From the NCBI GenBank assembly GCA_965220085.1, contig CBDCOZ010000003.1, forward strand, positions 1,632,001 through 1,696,000: DNA of 64,000 bases, written 5' to 3'. The position numbers and the translations under genes are program-made. The notes under the pieces are model-generated. The model worked only from the letters and a program-made list of their open reading frames with translations. It was not told the DNA's origin and made no database searches. The first letter of the stretch is position 1; every line of letters starts with the position of its first letter. Below, in pieces: positions 21,041-30,712 of this stretch. The stretch comes from Candidatus Oxydemutatoraceae bacterium. Lineage in GTDB: Bacteria; Pseudomonadota; Gammaproteobacteria; Poriferisulfidales; Oxydemutatoraceae.

Positions 21041-22509
21041 CGCGCCTTCTCCATAACCGCCCGGATCACCCGCTTGTCATCAAACGGCACCGCGCCGCTG
21101 CCGGTAATCTGCTGTGTTTCATGCCCTTTGCCGGCAACCACCACGACATCGCCGGGGCGCGACTCAACAATCCCCCGCTCGATCGCGTCGCGTCGCTCCG
21201 CTATCACGGTCGTATGCGCATGCGCGCCGATCCCTTGCCGTATGTCGCGCACGATCTGCTCGGGCGCTTCGTTGCGCGGATTGTCATTCGTGATGATCAC
21301 CTGATCGGCAAGCAGCGATGCGACGCCGCCCATCATCGGACGCTTAGCGCGATCGCGCTCGCCGCCGCAGCCGAATACGCAAATAATACGGCCGCTACAA
21401 TAGCCGCGACACGCCTGCAAAACCTTCTTCAGCGCCTCGGGCGTATGCGCATAGTCCAGCACGATCATGCCGTGCCCCGAACACGCAAAGCTCTCCATCC
21501 TCCCCGGCGCCGGGCGCGCGCGCGACAGGCGCCGCAGCGCGCGCTCAGGCGCGAAGCCTTGCGTCATCAACACCAGCAATGCGGCCATCAGGTTTTGCGC
21601 ATTGAACTCGCCGAGCAGCGCGCTTTGCAGAACCTGCTCCCGCCCTTCGACAAGCAAGCGAAGCGTGAGACCCGACGGGGTCGAAGACAAGCCTTGCAGG
21701 CACACATCGGCGGTTTTGTCATGCGTCGAATACTCCAGAATCGTTGTCTCTTTTGCGCAGCGCGCAACCGCCGCATCACGATACGCGCTATCGCGATTGA
21801 TGATCGCATAGCCCAAGCCGGCGGTCTCAAACAACTTGCACTTCGCCGCCGCATATGCTTCGCGCGACGCGTGATAATCCGAATGATCCGTGCCGATATT
21901 TGTCAACACCGCAACATCAACGGCCAAGCCGCTCAGCCTGCCCTGATCGATGCCGTGCGATGACGCCTCCAATACCAGACAGTCGGCGCGCGCGTCCGCT
22001 AACTCCCGCGCCACTTTGTGAATGACCAGACTGTCGGGGGTCGTATTGGGAGAATCCCGCAGCGCGCCGAGGAAACCCATGCCGAGCGTGCCGATAATGC
22101 CGCACCGCTTGCGCGCCGCGCTGAGCGCTTGCGCCACAAAGTGCGCGACCGATGTTTTGCCATCGGTGCCCGTCACCGCGATAACCGGCAGCGCGGCGGT
22201 CGGGTTGCCATAAAAACGGCTCGCGATGATACCCGCCCGATGGCGCAAGTCCGGCACCGCAAGATTAAATTGCGGGCAAGCGATGGCGTCGCGATCATCG
22301 TCCCACAGGACAGCCGCCGCGCCGCGCTCCAACGCCTGAGGCAAAAAGTCCAGTCCGTGCGCTGTCTCCCCCCGATACGCCAGAAACACATCGCCGCAAG
22401 AGACCCGGCGGCTATCGTTTTCTATTCCTCGCACGACCAAATTATCCGCAGTTTTATTTTCCATCAGACCTTTGAGCAATTGCGACAACAAACAAGGCGC
22501 TCTTACCAT
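21037..22509 (-). CDS. murE: UDP-MurNAc-dipeptide--meso-DAP ligase
   Basis: TGTDGKTS, TTPD, EASSHG, DYAHTP, DNPR (DAP-specific), AGKGHE. Confidence 0.97.
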   Translation of the reverse strand: MVRAPCLLSQLLKGLMENKTADNLVVRGIENDSRRVSCGDVFLAYRGETAHGLDFLPQALERGAAAVLWDDDRDAIACPQFNLAVPDLRHRAGIIASRFYGNPTAALPVIAVTGTDGKTSVAHFVAQALSAARKRCGIIGTLGMGFLGALRDSPNTTPDSLVIHKVARELADARADCLVLEASSHGIDQGRLSGLAVDVAVLTNIGTDHSDYHASREAYAAAKCKLFETAGLGYAIINRDSAYRDAAVARCAKETTILEYSTHDKTADVCLQGLSSTPSGLTLRLLVEGREQVLQSALLGEFNAQNLMAALLVLMTQGFAPERALRRLSRARPAPGRMESFACSGHGMIVLDYAHTPEALKKVLQACRGYCSGRIICVFGCGGERDRAKRPMMGGVASLLADQVIITNDNPRNEAPEQIVRDIRQGIGAHAHTTVIAERRDAIERGIVESRPGDVVVVAGKGHETQQITGSGAVPFDDKRVIRAVMEKAR

Positions 22510-24242
22510 GCCATTCCCTTGAGGGCTTGCGCATCGGAAAACTTTCCGCGCGCTTGATCATCGTTCTGTATGTCCGATACCCGCAAAGCGTGTGTCATCG
22601 CTTCGGCAAATACCGGCGCCGCCACTTCGCCGCCATAGTATCTTTTGCCGTGCGGCGCATCGATCATCACCGCCGCCACCAAACGCGGCGCGTCAGCCGG
22701 CACAAAGCCGACAAACAAGGACAGATACTGAAAGGGATCATCCTCGTTGTCGGAGGATTTGCGCACCGTCCCGGTCTTGCCGGCAGTGGTGTAAGACTCC
22801 ACCTTGGCGCCGCGCCCGGTGCCATGAGCCCCGGTCGCTTGTTTCAGCGCCGAGCGCAGATAGCGCGCGGTCGCGGGCTTAAATATCCGCCGCTTTTCAA
22901 TCTCCTCCGGCGGCGTATCGACTTTCAGCAAACTCAGATACGGTTGCCAGCCGTCGTTGGCAAACACGGTATAGGCGTGCGCGAGTTGTATCAGGGAGGT
23001 CGCGATCCCATACCCATAAGACATCACCGCGTGATCTATTTCCCGCCACTCGGTGTAATCATGCAACAGACCGCCGGTCTCGCCCGGGAAACCGATACCC
23101 GGACTGTGCCCGAAGCCGAGTTGGTCAAAGGTCTTCCACAGATCCTCTTTTTGCATCTTCATCGCCGCTTTGCTGATGCCGACATTGCTCGACTTGACGA
23201 CGATGCCGGTCAAATCAAGCGGGCCGAAGTCGCGCGCGTCTTGTATCTTGTTGCCGCTCACTTGGTAATAGCCGGGAGAGGTATCGATCACCGTATCCGG
23301 CGCCATCACGTCGTTATCCAGCAATGCGGCGACGACAAACGGCTTGATCGTAGAGCCCGGCTCAAACATATCGACAATGGCGCGGCTGCGCCGTTGCCGC
23401 GGGCGGTATGCGCCGCGCTCGTTCGGGTTAAACGACGGCTGACTCGCGACCGCAAGCGCCTCGCCGGTCTTGGCATCCAACACGACGATGGAACCGGATT
23501 CGGCATGATACTGCCGCACCGCTTTTTTCAATGCGCGATACGCGTGATATTGAATTCTTTGGTCGATGCTCAATCGCAAGGCGCGGCCATACTGCGGCGA
23601 TTTAATCAATTCAATCTGCTCGATCGTGCGCGCATAGCGATCGCGCACGATGCGCTTCGCGCCGGGCGTTCCGCGCAAGACAGAGTCAAAGATTTTCTCG
23701 GCTCCCTCCATGCCCTTGTCGTCTATATCGGTAGTGCCCACGATGTGCGCCGCGATCTCTCCGAGCGGGTAGTAGCGGCGATATTCGGGGTCCAGATACA
23801 AACCCGGTATCCCGGACACATGCAGCGCATTCGCCTCCGCCGGCGGCAGATGCCGTTTCACATAGAGAAATTGCCGGTGACCGGCGCGTTGTATTCTCTT
23901 GCGCAACTCATCGGCATCGACAGAGACCGCCGCGGCGACTGTGTCGGCGTAGGCCGGGTTGAAAGACTGCGGATCCAGCCACACCGAATAGACCGGAGTG
24001 CTCACCGCCAGCGGGTTGCCGTAACGATCGGTAATGTGCGCTCGATGCGCCGGAATAGCCGCCGTTCTGACATGCCGGCTATCGCCCTTCTCTTGTAACC
24101 ACTCCTTCTGGCAGTACTGCAAATAAACGGTGCGCAACAAAATCACCGAGAAGCCGACAAAGAACAGAGACAGCACAAAGAAATAGCGGAACCGTCCCGG
24201 CGCATTCCTGCGCTGTTTGGGCGGAGAAAAGAAAGGCTTCAT
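22503..24242 (-). CDS. ftsI: Penicillin-binding protein 3 FtsI
   Basis: N-terminal TM; RRYYPLG; EPGSTIKP (SxxK), KSSN (SxN), GKTGT. Confidence 0.96.
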   Translation of the reverse strand: MKPFFSPPKQRRNAPGRFRYFFVLSLFFVGFSVILLRTVYLQYCQKEWLQEKGDSRHVRTAAIPAHRAHITDRYGNPLAVSTPVYSVWLDPQSFNPAYADTVAAAVSVDADELRKRIQRAGHRQFLYVKRHLPPAEANALHVSGIPGLYLDPEYRRYYPLGEIAAHIVGTTDIDDKGMEGAEKIFDSVLRGTPGAKRIVRDRYARTIEQIELIKSPQYGRALRLSIDQRIQYHAYRALKKAVRQYHAESGSIVVLDAKTGEALAVASQPSFNPNERGAYRPRQRRSRAIVDMFEPGSTIKPFVVAALLDNDVMAPDTVIDTSPGYYQVSGNKIQDARDFGPLDLTGIVVKSSNVGISKAAMKMQKEDLWKTFDQLGFGHSPGIGFPGETGGLLHDYTEWREIDHAVMSYGYGIATSLIQLAHAYTVFANDGWQPYLSLLKVDTPPEEIEKRRIFKPATARYLRSALKQATGAHGTGRGAKVESYTTAGKTGTVRKSSDNEDDPFQYLSLFVGFVPADAPRLVAAVMIDAPHGKRYYGGEVAAPVFAEAMTHALRVSDIQNDDQARGKFSDAQALKGMAW

Positions 24243-24502
24243 TTTACTTCTACCGCGATAATCTCTTCGGGATAGTCCATATCAAGTTGCGCGCGCGCTA
24301 TCATTTCAATCCGCCCGTCCATTCTGAGCGCGCCATACTCGATCTGCAACCGATCCCATTCGGTGTGCAGCGCCTCATTTTCAATCTGCAGATTATTGAG
24401 TTCAATAAACGCCGCGCGATTCGCGTCTTTGACCGCGACCAGAGACAAAGCGGAAACAAACACCGCGCCGACCAGAACACCCATGACAGACCCTTGCCTC
24501 AT
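24239..24502 (-). CDS. ftsL: Cell division protein FtsL
   Basis: 87 aa, TM plus leucine-zipper-like coil (EWDRLQIE...RIEMIARAQLDM); position between rsmH and ftsI. Confidence 0.9.
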   Translation of the reverse strand: MRQGSVMGVLVGAVFVSALSLVAVKDANRAAFIELNNLQIENEALHTEWDRLQIEYGALRMDGRIEMIARAQLDMDYPEEIIAVEVK

Positions 24503-24505
24503 CGC

Positions 24506-25432
24506 TTACAATTTCTCCGCCACACGCAGGCTGGCGCTGCGGGCGCGCGGGTTGCGCGCCAATTCGGCCTCGTCCGCAACGATGCGCCCTATCTTGCGCA
24601 ACGCCACATGGGAATAATCGTCCGCCGCCGGCAGATTGAGCGGCGCTTTTCGCGGTTGCGAATACTCCCGGATAAAGTTTTTGACGATGCGGTCTTCCAG
24701 CGAATGGAAACTGATGACGACGAGCCGCCCGCTGCTCCGCAGCAACCGCCTCGCGTGTTCCAGCGCCTGCGACAATTCCTCCAACTCGTTGTTAATAAAT
24801 ATGCGCAATGCCAAAAAAGCGCGAGTGGCCGGGCGCTTGCGCTCGCGCGCGCCCGACACACTCGCAATAAGTTCCGCCAACTCGCGAGCAGTGCGGAGGG
24901 GACGACTGCCCGCGATGGCGGCGGATATTCTTTTGGCATTGCGCTCCTCGCCGAACTCTGTCAATACCCTGGCGATCTCGGAAACCGGCGCGCGATTGAT
25001 CCATTCGGCGGCGGAGATACCGCGGCTGGTATCCATCCGCATATCGAGCGACGCATCGTCGTCAAAACTAAAACCGCGATTTGAAGCGAGTTGCGGCGAC
25101 GAAACACCGAGGTCAAAGAGAATTCCCGCCACCGCGCCCTCCATGTTGTCGTCGGTCAGCAAAGAACCGATCGCGGCGAACGACGCATGACAAATTGAGA
25201 AACGCTGATCGTTGCGCAATGTCGTTCTGGCGTGTTCGCACGCTTGTATGTCCTTGTCGAAAGCAAGCAGGCGTCCTTGTCTGCCTATCCTTTTGAGAAT
25301 CTCTCGGCTGTGCCCGCCGCGACCGTAAGTGGCATCTATATAAACCCGCCCCGGAGTTATCCGCAAAGCCTCTATGGCCGCATCCGGCAATACCGGCTCG
25401 TGCTTGTCTGCGGCGAATTCCTGCGCCATCAC
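24506..25432 (-). CDS. rsmH: 16S rRNA m4C1402 methyltransferase
   Basis: HEPVL, DATYGRGGHS, DLGVSSPQL, LDMRMD, ISFHSLEDRIVK, NPRARSA. Confidence 0.97.
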   Translation of the reverse strand: MMAQEFAADKHEPVLPDAAIEALRITPGRVYIDATYGRGGHSREILKRIGRQGRLLAFDKDIQACEHARTTLRNDQRFSICHASFAAIGSLLTDDNMEGAVAGILFDLGVSSPQLASNRGFSFDDDASLDMRMDTSRGISAAEWINRAPVSEIARVLTEFGEERNAKRISAAIAGSRPLRTARELAELIASVSGARERKRPATRAFLALRIFINNELEELSQALEHARRLLRSSGRLVVISFHSLEDRIVKNFIREYSQPRKAPLNLPAADDYSHVALRKIGRIVADEAELARNPRARSASLRVAEKL

Positions 25433-25457
25433 TCACGGCTCTTGGCCCGAATATTGC

Positions 25458-25922
25458 TTAGAAACGAACATTGCCGAGGGTGTCGTCGATTTCCCTATCG
25501 CTGCTCTTTTCCTCCATTCTGGCGGCGCATTCCTGCTCCCACCGTTTTTGATCCCACAGCTCAAAGCGATGTCCCTGCCCTATAAAGAGACCTTGCTTTT
25601 GCAGCTTGGCATGTTCGCGCAGCGGGGGTGTCAATGAAATCCGACCTTGCGAGTCAATCTCGCATTCGGTCGCGTAGCCGATCATCAGCCGTTGCAAAAA
25701 ACGCGATTGCTTTTCAAGCGTCGGCAGATCGAGCAGACTCTTCTCTACTTCGGGCCATGCGGGTTTGGGATAGAGCAACAAGCAACCGTCGACATCCGCA
25801 GTGATGACCAACTCGCCCTTGCACGAGACGCTCAAGCCCTGACGATAGCGCGCCGGTATTGCCAACCTGCCCTTGGCATCTACGGTCACGTTGCTCGCCC
25901 CTCTGAAAAATGTTGAATCCAT
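25458..25922 (-). CDS. mraZ: Transcriptional regulator MraZ
   Basis: Two SpoVT/AbrB repeats: FRGASNVTVDAKGRLAIP and IDSQGRI; FELWD. Confidence 0.96.
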   Translation of the reverse strand: MDSTFFRGASNVTVDAKGRLAIPARYRQGLSVSCKGELVITADVDGCLLLYPKPAWPEVEKSLLDLPTLEKQSRFLQRLMIGYATECEIDSQGRISLTPPLREHAKLQKQGLFIGQGHRFELWDQKRWEQECAARMEEKSSDREIDDTLGNVRF

Positions 25923-25929
25923 AGGTATA

Positions 25930-25977
25930 TCCCACTCAATGCCCCCATTATACATAAATCCCCACATAAAACCACCC
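25930..25977 (-). promoter_or_regulatory. Putative dcw promoter with MraZ boxes
   Basis: Minus strand reads GGGTGGTTTTATGTGGGGATTTATGTATAATGGGGGCATTGAGTGGGA: a consensus TATAAT -10 flanked by several TGGG(N) boxes like known MraZ operators. Confidence 0.7.
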
Positions 25978-26293
25978 TTCTTATCCAGCGGGCGACAACC
26001 CGCCATACTCGTCGGCGATTCCGCGCAAATCATTGATTATCTGGGGTTTGTCAGCGGATTGCGTGATGCATGACATATTGGACATGGGGCAAATGCTGTG
26101 TGGCATGGGCACGTGCGCGCTATCCACCGCAATGCGCGAGAGGCGTTGCGAGCCCCTTGCTAAGGCGGGCGCTATGCCGACGGGTCGCGCATACTCGGCG
26201 CATCTGATGGGGCGCATCGGCAAGCAGTCGCGCAACGGTGCGCAGGACAAGCCGCGCTCGGCACCACGGTTGCATTTGTAGATGACGCGCATT

Positions 26294-26420
26294 TTGTGGT
26301 AGAGTACGCAATACTTATTTTGCGGAACACAAATGATTTAAGAAGTCACAAACAATTAAGTATTGTTTGTGCTCTCATATCGTTTGTGCCTCATTGAAAT
26401 GAAATGTTATTTGTGTGCAT
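26294..26420 (+). promoter_or_regulatory. Putative promoter/operator of the solitary LEGPLR-family gene
   Basis: TTGTGGTAGAGT at 26294 resembles the TTGTGGTATAGT element of the array promoters. Perfect inverted repeat CACAAACAAT-N5-ATTGTTTGTG at 26347-26371. Confidence 0.5.
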
Positions 26421-26461
26421 TAAACATGGTTGCGCCGGACAGGCCGTCAAGAAACAATAGA

Positions 26462-27694
26462 ATGAATTGCAAAACTTTCGATACGACTCCCGCGCAACGG
26501 GGCGCAACAATGATACGGCGCAGTCTTTGGGTGCTTCTGTTGCTCGCTGTTGTCTGCGCTCAGGCACAAGCGCAGACAAATCCGGTGACAGCTTCCACTA
26601 GCGTGGATGTATACACCACGCACACCGCCAACAACCCATACAGGTTCAAGATAGCCGACTTCCCTTTTACTGATACGAACGGCCGTAGCCTGCTTAGAGT
26701 GGTGTTTCAATTTCCCGGCCCCGACAACTTCAATGGCAACCTGCGCAATCCTCTCTCTCCAACAGTCGTACTCGAACAGACATACGTCAGAACCGCAGAC
26801 GATCTCAGGGACGGTAATCTGGTCTATTACCCAGCGGCGGGTCAGACCCCGCAAACTGGCTACGACAGCTTTACGTTCCAGGTGCAGGTTCTGAGAGAGC
26901 AGACGAATACGCAAACCTTCTACGACACCAGTAACGAGGCTACCATGACCATCAACCTGGTGATTGAGCCCCCGGCTGCCCCCACCGGCACCCCCGCCGT
27001 GACCGCCACCGACAGCATGGCCACTGCCCACAATGAGGATGTGGAGCTGACCGCTAGCACAGGCACCGTAATCGATGACAACTACATTGATACCGACACC
27101 CTGATGTGGCAGTGGCAACAGTCCGCCACCATGGCCGGCACATATGAAAACATCGACGGATCCAACGCCGCCACTTTCACACCCCAGCAGGAACATGTCG
27201 ACCAATACATCCGCGTCTGCCTCCGTTTCACCGATGGCATAGGCACCGTCGAGGGGCCGCTGTGTTCCCCCGGCAATATCATCACCGCTGTCAATGATGC
27301 CCCCACCAGCGAAAATGCTTTTGTGGATGTGCCCATCACCGCAACCGCAGACGAGCCCTATGTCTTCAAGACCTCCGACTTTCCATTCATGGACGAGGAG
27401 GATGGTACCACTCTGGGCGGCGTAGACATAGCCAGCACCGTCGCATCTGGCAAGGGCGAATTGCGCATTGGAAGCGGGTCTGCCGCCCTCGGCAACCTGC
27501 CCGCGGGCTCAATCAATATACTCACCTATTATCCCCCGCCTAACATCACCGCTACCCCTAACTTTGCCACTTTCACCTTCAAAGTGACCGATGTCGGCGG
27601 CGCCAGAAGCGAAATCCATAGGATGACCATCAACCTGAAGTCCTTCGATATACGCTTGCGGTTGCGCCTCTTCCTCGAAGGCCCGCTACGATAG
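26462..27694 (+). CDS. Secreted Ig/cadherin-like surface protein, RLRLRLFLEGPLR C-terminal family (solitary copy)
   Basis: Leader MNCKTFDTTP...RRSLWVLLLLAVVCAQAQA. Two cadherin-like domains (F...DFPF.D...YYP...FTF.V...MTINL) flank an Ig-like WQWQQ...TFTP...YIRVC domain. Ends DIRLRLRLFLEGPLR. Confidence 0.85.
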   Translation: MNCKTFDTTPAQRGATMIRRSLWVLLLLAVVCAQAQAQTNPVTASTSVDVYTTHTANNPYRFKIADFPFTDTNGRSLLRVVFQFPGPDNFNGNLRNPLSPTVVLEQTYVRTADDLRDGNLVYYPAAGQTPQTGYDSFTFQVQVLREQTNTQTFYDTSNEATMTINLVIEPPAAPTGTPAVTATDSMATAHNEDVELTASTGTVIDDNYIDTDTLMWQWQQSATMAGTYENIDGSNAATFTPQQEHVDQYIRVCLRFTDGIGTVEGPLCSPGNIITAVNDAPTSENAFVDVPITATADEPYVFKTSDFPFMDEEDGTTLGGVDIASTVASGKGELRIGSGSAALGNLPAGSINILTYYPPPNITATPNFATFTFKVTDVGGARSEIHRMTINLKSFDIRLRLRLFLEGPLR

Positions 27695-28562
27695 CGCGAG
27701 CCATCCTCGGCGCTTGCACGACACACTCTTGAAGGCCCGCTACGATAGCGCGAGCAACCCACGGCGCTCGCACGACACACTCTCTTAAAGGCCGGTTGCG
27801 ATAGCGCAAGCAACCCACGGCGCTCGCACCGACACACTCTCTTGAAGGCCCGCTGCGATAGCGCGAGCAACCCACGGCACTCGCACGACACACTCTCTTG
27901 AAGGCCGGTTGCGATAGCGCGAGCAACCCACGGCGCTCGCACGACACACTCTCTTGAAGGCCCGCTGCGATAGCGCGAGCAACCCACGGCGCTCGCACGA
28001 CACACTCTCTTGAAGGCCGGCTGCGATAGCGCAAGCAACCCACGGCGCTCGCACAACACACTCTCTTGAAGGCCGGCTGCGATAGCGCGAGCAACCACAG
28101 CACTCGCACGACACACTCTCTTGAAGGCCGGCTGCGATAGCGCGAGCCATCCCCGGCGCTCGCACGACACACCCTTGAAGGCCGGCTGCGATAGCGCGAG
28201 CAACCCACGGCGCTCGCACGACACACTCTCTTGAAGGCCGGCTGCGATAGCGCGAGCAACCCACGGCGCTCGCACGACACACTCTCTTGAAGGCCGGCTG
28301 CGATAGCGCGAGCAACCCACGGCGCTCGCACGACACACTCTCTTGAAGGCCCGTTGCGATAGCGCGAGCAACCCACGGTGCTCGCACGACACACTCTTGA
28401 AGGCCGGCTGCGATAGCGCGAGCAACCCACGGCGCTCGCACGACACACTCTTGAAGGCCGGCTGCGATAGCGCGAGCCATCCCCGGCGCTCGCACGACAC
28501 TCTCTTGAAGGCCCGTTGCGATAGCGCGAGCAACCCACGGCGCTCGCACGACACACCCCTTG
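27677..28562 (+). repeat. Tandem array of 16 units of 54-57 bp (consensus GAAGGCCSGYTGCGATAGCGCGAGCAACCCACGGCGCTCGCACGACACACTCTCTT)
   Basis: Unit starts read at 27677, 27731, 27787, 27844, 27900, 27956, 28012, 28068, 28123, 28177, 28233, 28289, 28345, 28399, 28453, 28507. The first unit overlaps the last codons and stop of the upstream gene. Each unit has a GCGAGC...GCTCGC stem. Confidence 0.95.
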
Positions 28563-28783
28563 GAGCTGACGAGCGCGTAGCCCGACGACAACCGCAAACT
28601 TTCCGCTCGCAATCGTGTCCGTCGCGCCGTTTTGATGCGCGCCCCGCAGACAGCCCCGCAACGAAGAGGGAAGCATATTTGACTCCGCCCGCATATTAAA
28701 TGAGGGGAATGTGAAAGAGCGCGTCCTCAAATCGGACGCTAAAGTTGCGGGCAGACGGTTGACTGATAACAAACTTTCTGCCG

Positions 28784-28816
28784 AAAAATAAAAAAGGGTG
28801 TGTTGCCACACCCTTT
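28784..28816 (-). terminator. Intrinsic terminator downstream of the small coiled-coil ORF
   Basis: AAAGGGTGTG-TTGC-CACACCCTTT hairpin, followed on the minus strand by TTTTTTATTTTT. Confidence 0.8.
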
Positions 28817-28853
28817 ATAGAAACCACAATGATGGCTAAAATGATGGTTTGGG

Positions 28854-29090
28854 TTATAAGTTGCTTACTTGCTTTTCAATCTTGCCCAGCCTTTTGTTGA
28901 TTGCACGAAATTGGGCGCTGTTGTTTTGCCGATTCGTTTTTATGCTCTTTTCAATGGACGCTTTGGCGGCGATAATTTCTCCCAAAAGAATCTCCTGCCC
29001 CTCCTTCAAAGGGGCGACCGCTTCCTCAATGACATCTCTAAAGGCATTAGCAAGATCATCCGCGCTTCCATTTGGTTTTTTCCGTTTCAT
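28854..29090 (-). CDS. Small hypothetical coiled-coil protein (78 aa)
   Basis: GGAGGG RBS before ATG 29090, heptad-like helical sequence, own terminator. Confidence 0.65.
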   Translation of the reverse strand: MKRKKPNGSADDLANAFRDVIEEAVAPLKEGQEILLGEIIAAKASIEKSIKTNRQNNSAQFRAINKRLGKIEKQVSNL

Positions 29091-29427
29091 GATTCCCTCC
29101 TTTTTTACAGTTGCCTTCGGATGCGGCAACGGATATAGTTGGAAATATGATAGCGCAGAAATAAAAAAAGCGTATGATGCATGACATAGCGGTTAAAGCG
29201 TTCATTTCGTGTTGAAGCCGGCAATCCGAATCCTTCCGGCATGATTCGCCTTCGCATAGGGCTTATGCCCTGACAGACGGTCGACCGCGTAGGCGTACTT
29301 CGGTCGCACTTGCCCCAGAGCCGATGAGACCGCCGGCTATGTCGCCGTCACAAAAGCGCCCAAGCAGATCCTCGGCAGCCGCCTCCGCCGAGCGGCCATT
29401 CGTTCGCCGAGCAAGAGCGGCGGGTGT

Positions 29428-30633
29428 TTACGATTTTCGGTTCTGCAAGCGCAGGCGCAGGGCGTTTAACTTGATGAAGCCTTCGGCATCGCGTTGATCA
29501 AAACTGCCGCCGTCATCCTCAAAACTGGCCATCTTCCGGTCAAACAGGCTGTTCGGCGAGCGCCGTCCGAGCGCCGTCACATTGCCTTTGTATAGACGCA
29601 GACGCACATCGCCGTTCACATCGCGCTGACTTTCGTCGATCATCCTCTGCATCATCGCGCGTTCCTGACTCCACCAATACCCGTTGTAGATCAGCGAAGC
29701 ATAACGCGGCATCAATTCATCTTTCAGGTGCGCCACTTCGCGATCCAGCGTCAGCGATTCAATCGCGCGGCGCGCTTTGAGCAATACGCTGCCGCCGGGG
29801 GTTTCATAGCAGCCGCGCGATTTGATCCCGATATACCGATTCTCCACGATATCAATCCGGCCGATGCCGTGCGCGCCCGCCAATTGATTGAGGCGGGACA
29901 ACAAAGCCGCCGGCGACAACATTTCGCCATCCAGCGCCACCGGGTCGCCGTGTTGAAAACCGATCTCAATATCAGCCGGCTGCGCGGGAGCCCGCTCCGG
30001 CGCGCAACTGCGTTGCCACATCGCATCGGCGGGGGCCTGCCACGGATCCTCCAACTCCTCGCCCTCATACGAACTGTGCAGCAGGTTGGCATCCGTTGAA
30101 TACGGCGATTTGCCGCTGCGGGATTCCACTTCGATGCCGTGCGCGGCGGCATAAGCCAGCAGGTCACTGCGCGAAACAAAATCCCATTCGCGCCACGGCG
30201 AAACGATCCGGATGTCGGGGTTGAGCGCATACGCGCCCAGTTCAAAACGTATCTGGTCGTTGCCTTTGCCGGTCGCGCCGTGTGCGATGGCATCGGCGCC
30301 GACTTCCCCGGCAATCTCTGTCAGGCGCTTGGCAATCAACGGGCGGGCGATAGAGGTGCCGAGCAGGTATTCGCCTTCGTAAATCGCATTGGCGCGAAAC
30401 ATGGGAAAGACAAAATCGCGCACGAAAGTCTCGCGCAGATCTTCGATATAGAAGTCGGCCGCGCCCAACGCTCTGGCTTTCGCCTCGACTTGGCCGAGGT
30501 CTTCGCCCTGCCCGATATCGGCGGTGAAGGTATAGACTTCGTAGCCGCGCTCCTTTTGCAACCATTTTAATATGACCGACGTATCCAGTCCGCCCGAATA
30601 AGCCAGTACCACTTTGGCAGCGCCGTTCATCAT
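29428..30633 (-). CDS. argG: Argininosuccinate synthase
   Basis: [43 protein letters not shown]. Confidence 0.98.
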   Translation of the reverse strand: MMNGAAKVVLAYSGGLDTSVILKWLQKERGYEVYTFTADIGQGEDLGQVEAKARALGAADFYIEDLRETFVRDFVFPMFRANAIYEGEYLLGTSIARPLIAKRLTEIAGEVGADAIAHGATGKGNDQIRFELGAYALNPDIRIVSPWREWDFVSRSDLLAYAAAHGIEVESRSGKSPYSTDANLLHSSYEGEELEDPWQAPADAMWQRSCAPERAPAQPADIEIGFQHGDPVALDGEMLSPAALLSRLNQLAGAHGIGRIDIVENRYIGIKSRGCYETPGGSVLLKARRAIESLTLDREVAHLKDELMPRYASLIYNGYWWSQERAMMQRMIDESQRDVNGDVRLRLYKGNVTALGRRSPNSLFDRKMASFEDDGGSFDQRDAEGFIKLNALRLRLQNRKS

Positions 30634-30712
30634 CATTCCAGTCCTGTGAAATATAGTAGAATATGGCCATTATATTCGTATATGATATATTGATAACAAG
30701 CGCCTGATCGAC

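Noticed and set aside
25980-26340. RNase P RNA (rnpB), often upstream of mraZ
   Set aside because: The conserved GAGGAAAGTCC motif was not found on either strand.
27692-27720. Stop-codon recoding (UAG plus hairpin, PYLIS/SECIS-like)
   Set aside because: Paralogues use TAG, TGA and TAA interchangeably and their downstream sequences diverge, so there is no conserved read-through frame.
27677-28562. CRISPR array
   Set aside because: Units are repeated over their full length with no unique spacers, and there are no cas genes in the window.
27529-28811. Long minus-strand ORFs (341, 393, 275 aa) across the tandem array
   Set aside because: They are artefacts of a stop-free repeat: unit lengths are mostly not multiples of 3, so the same three peptide phases alternate in every frame.
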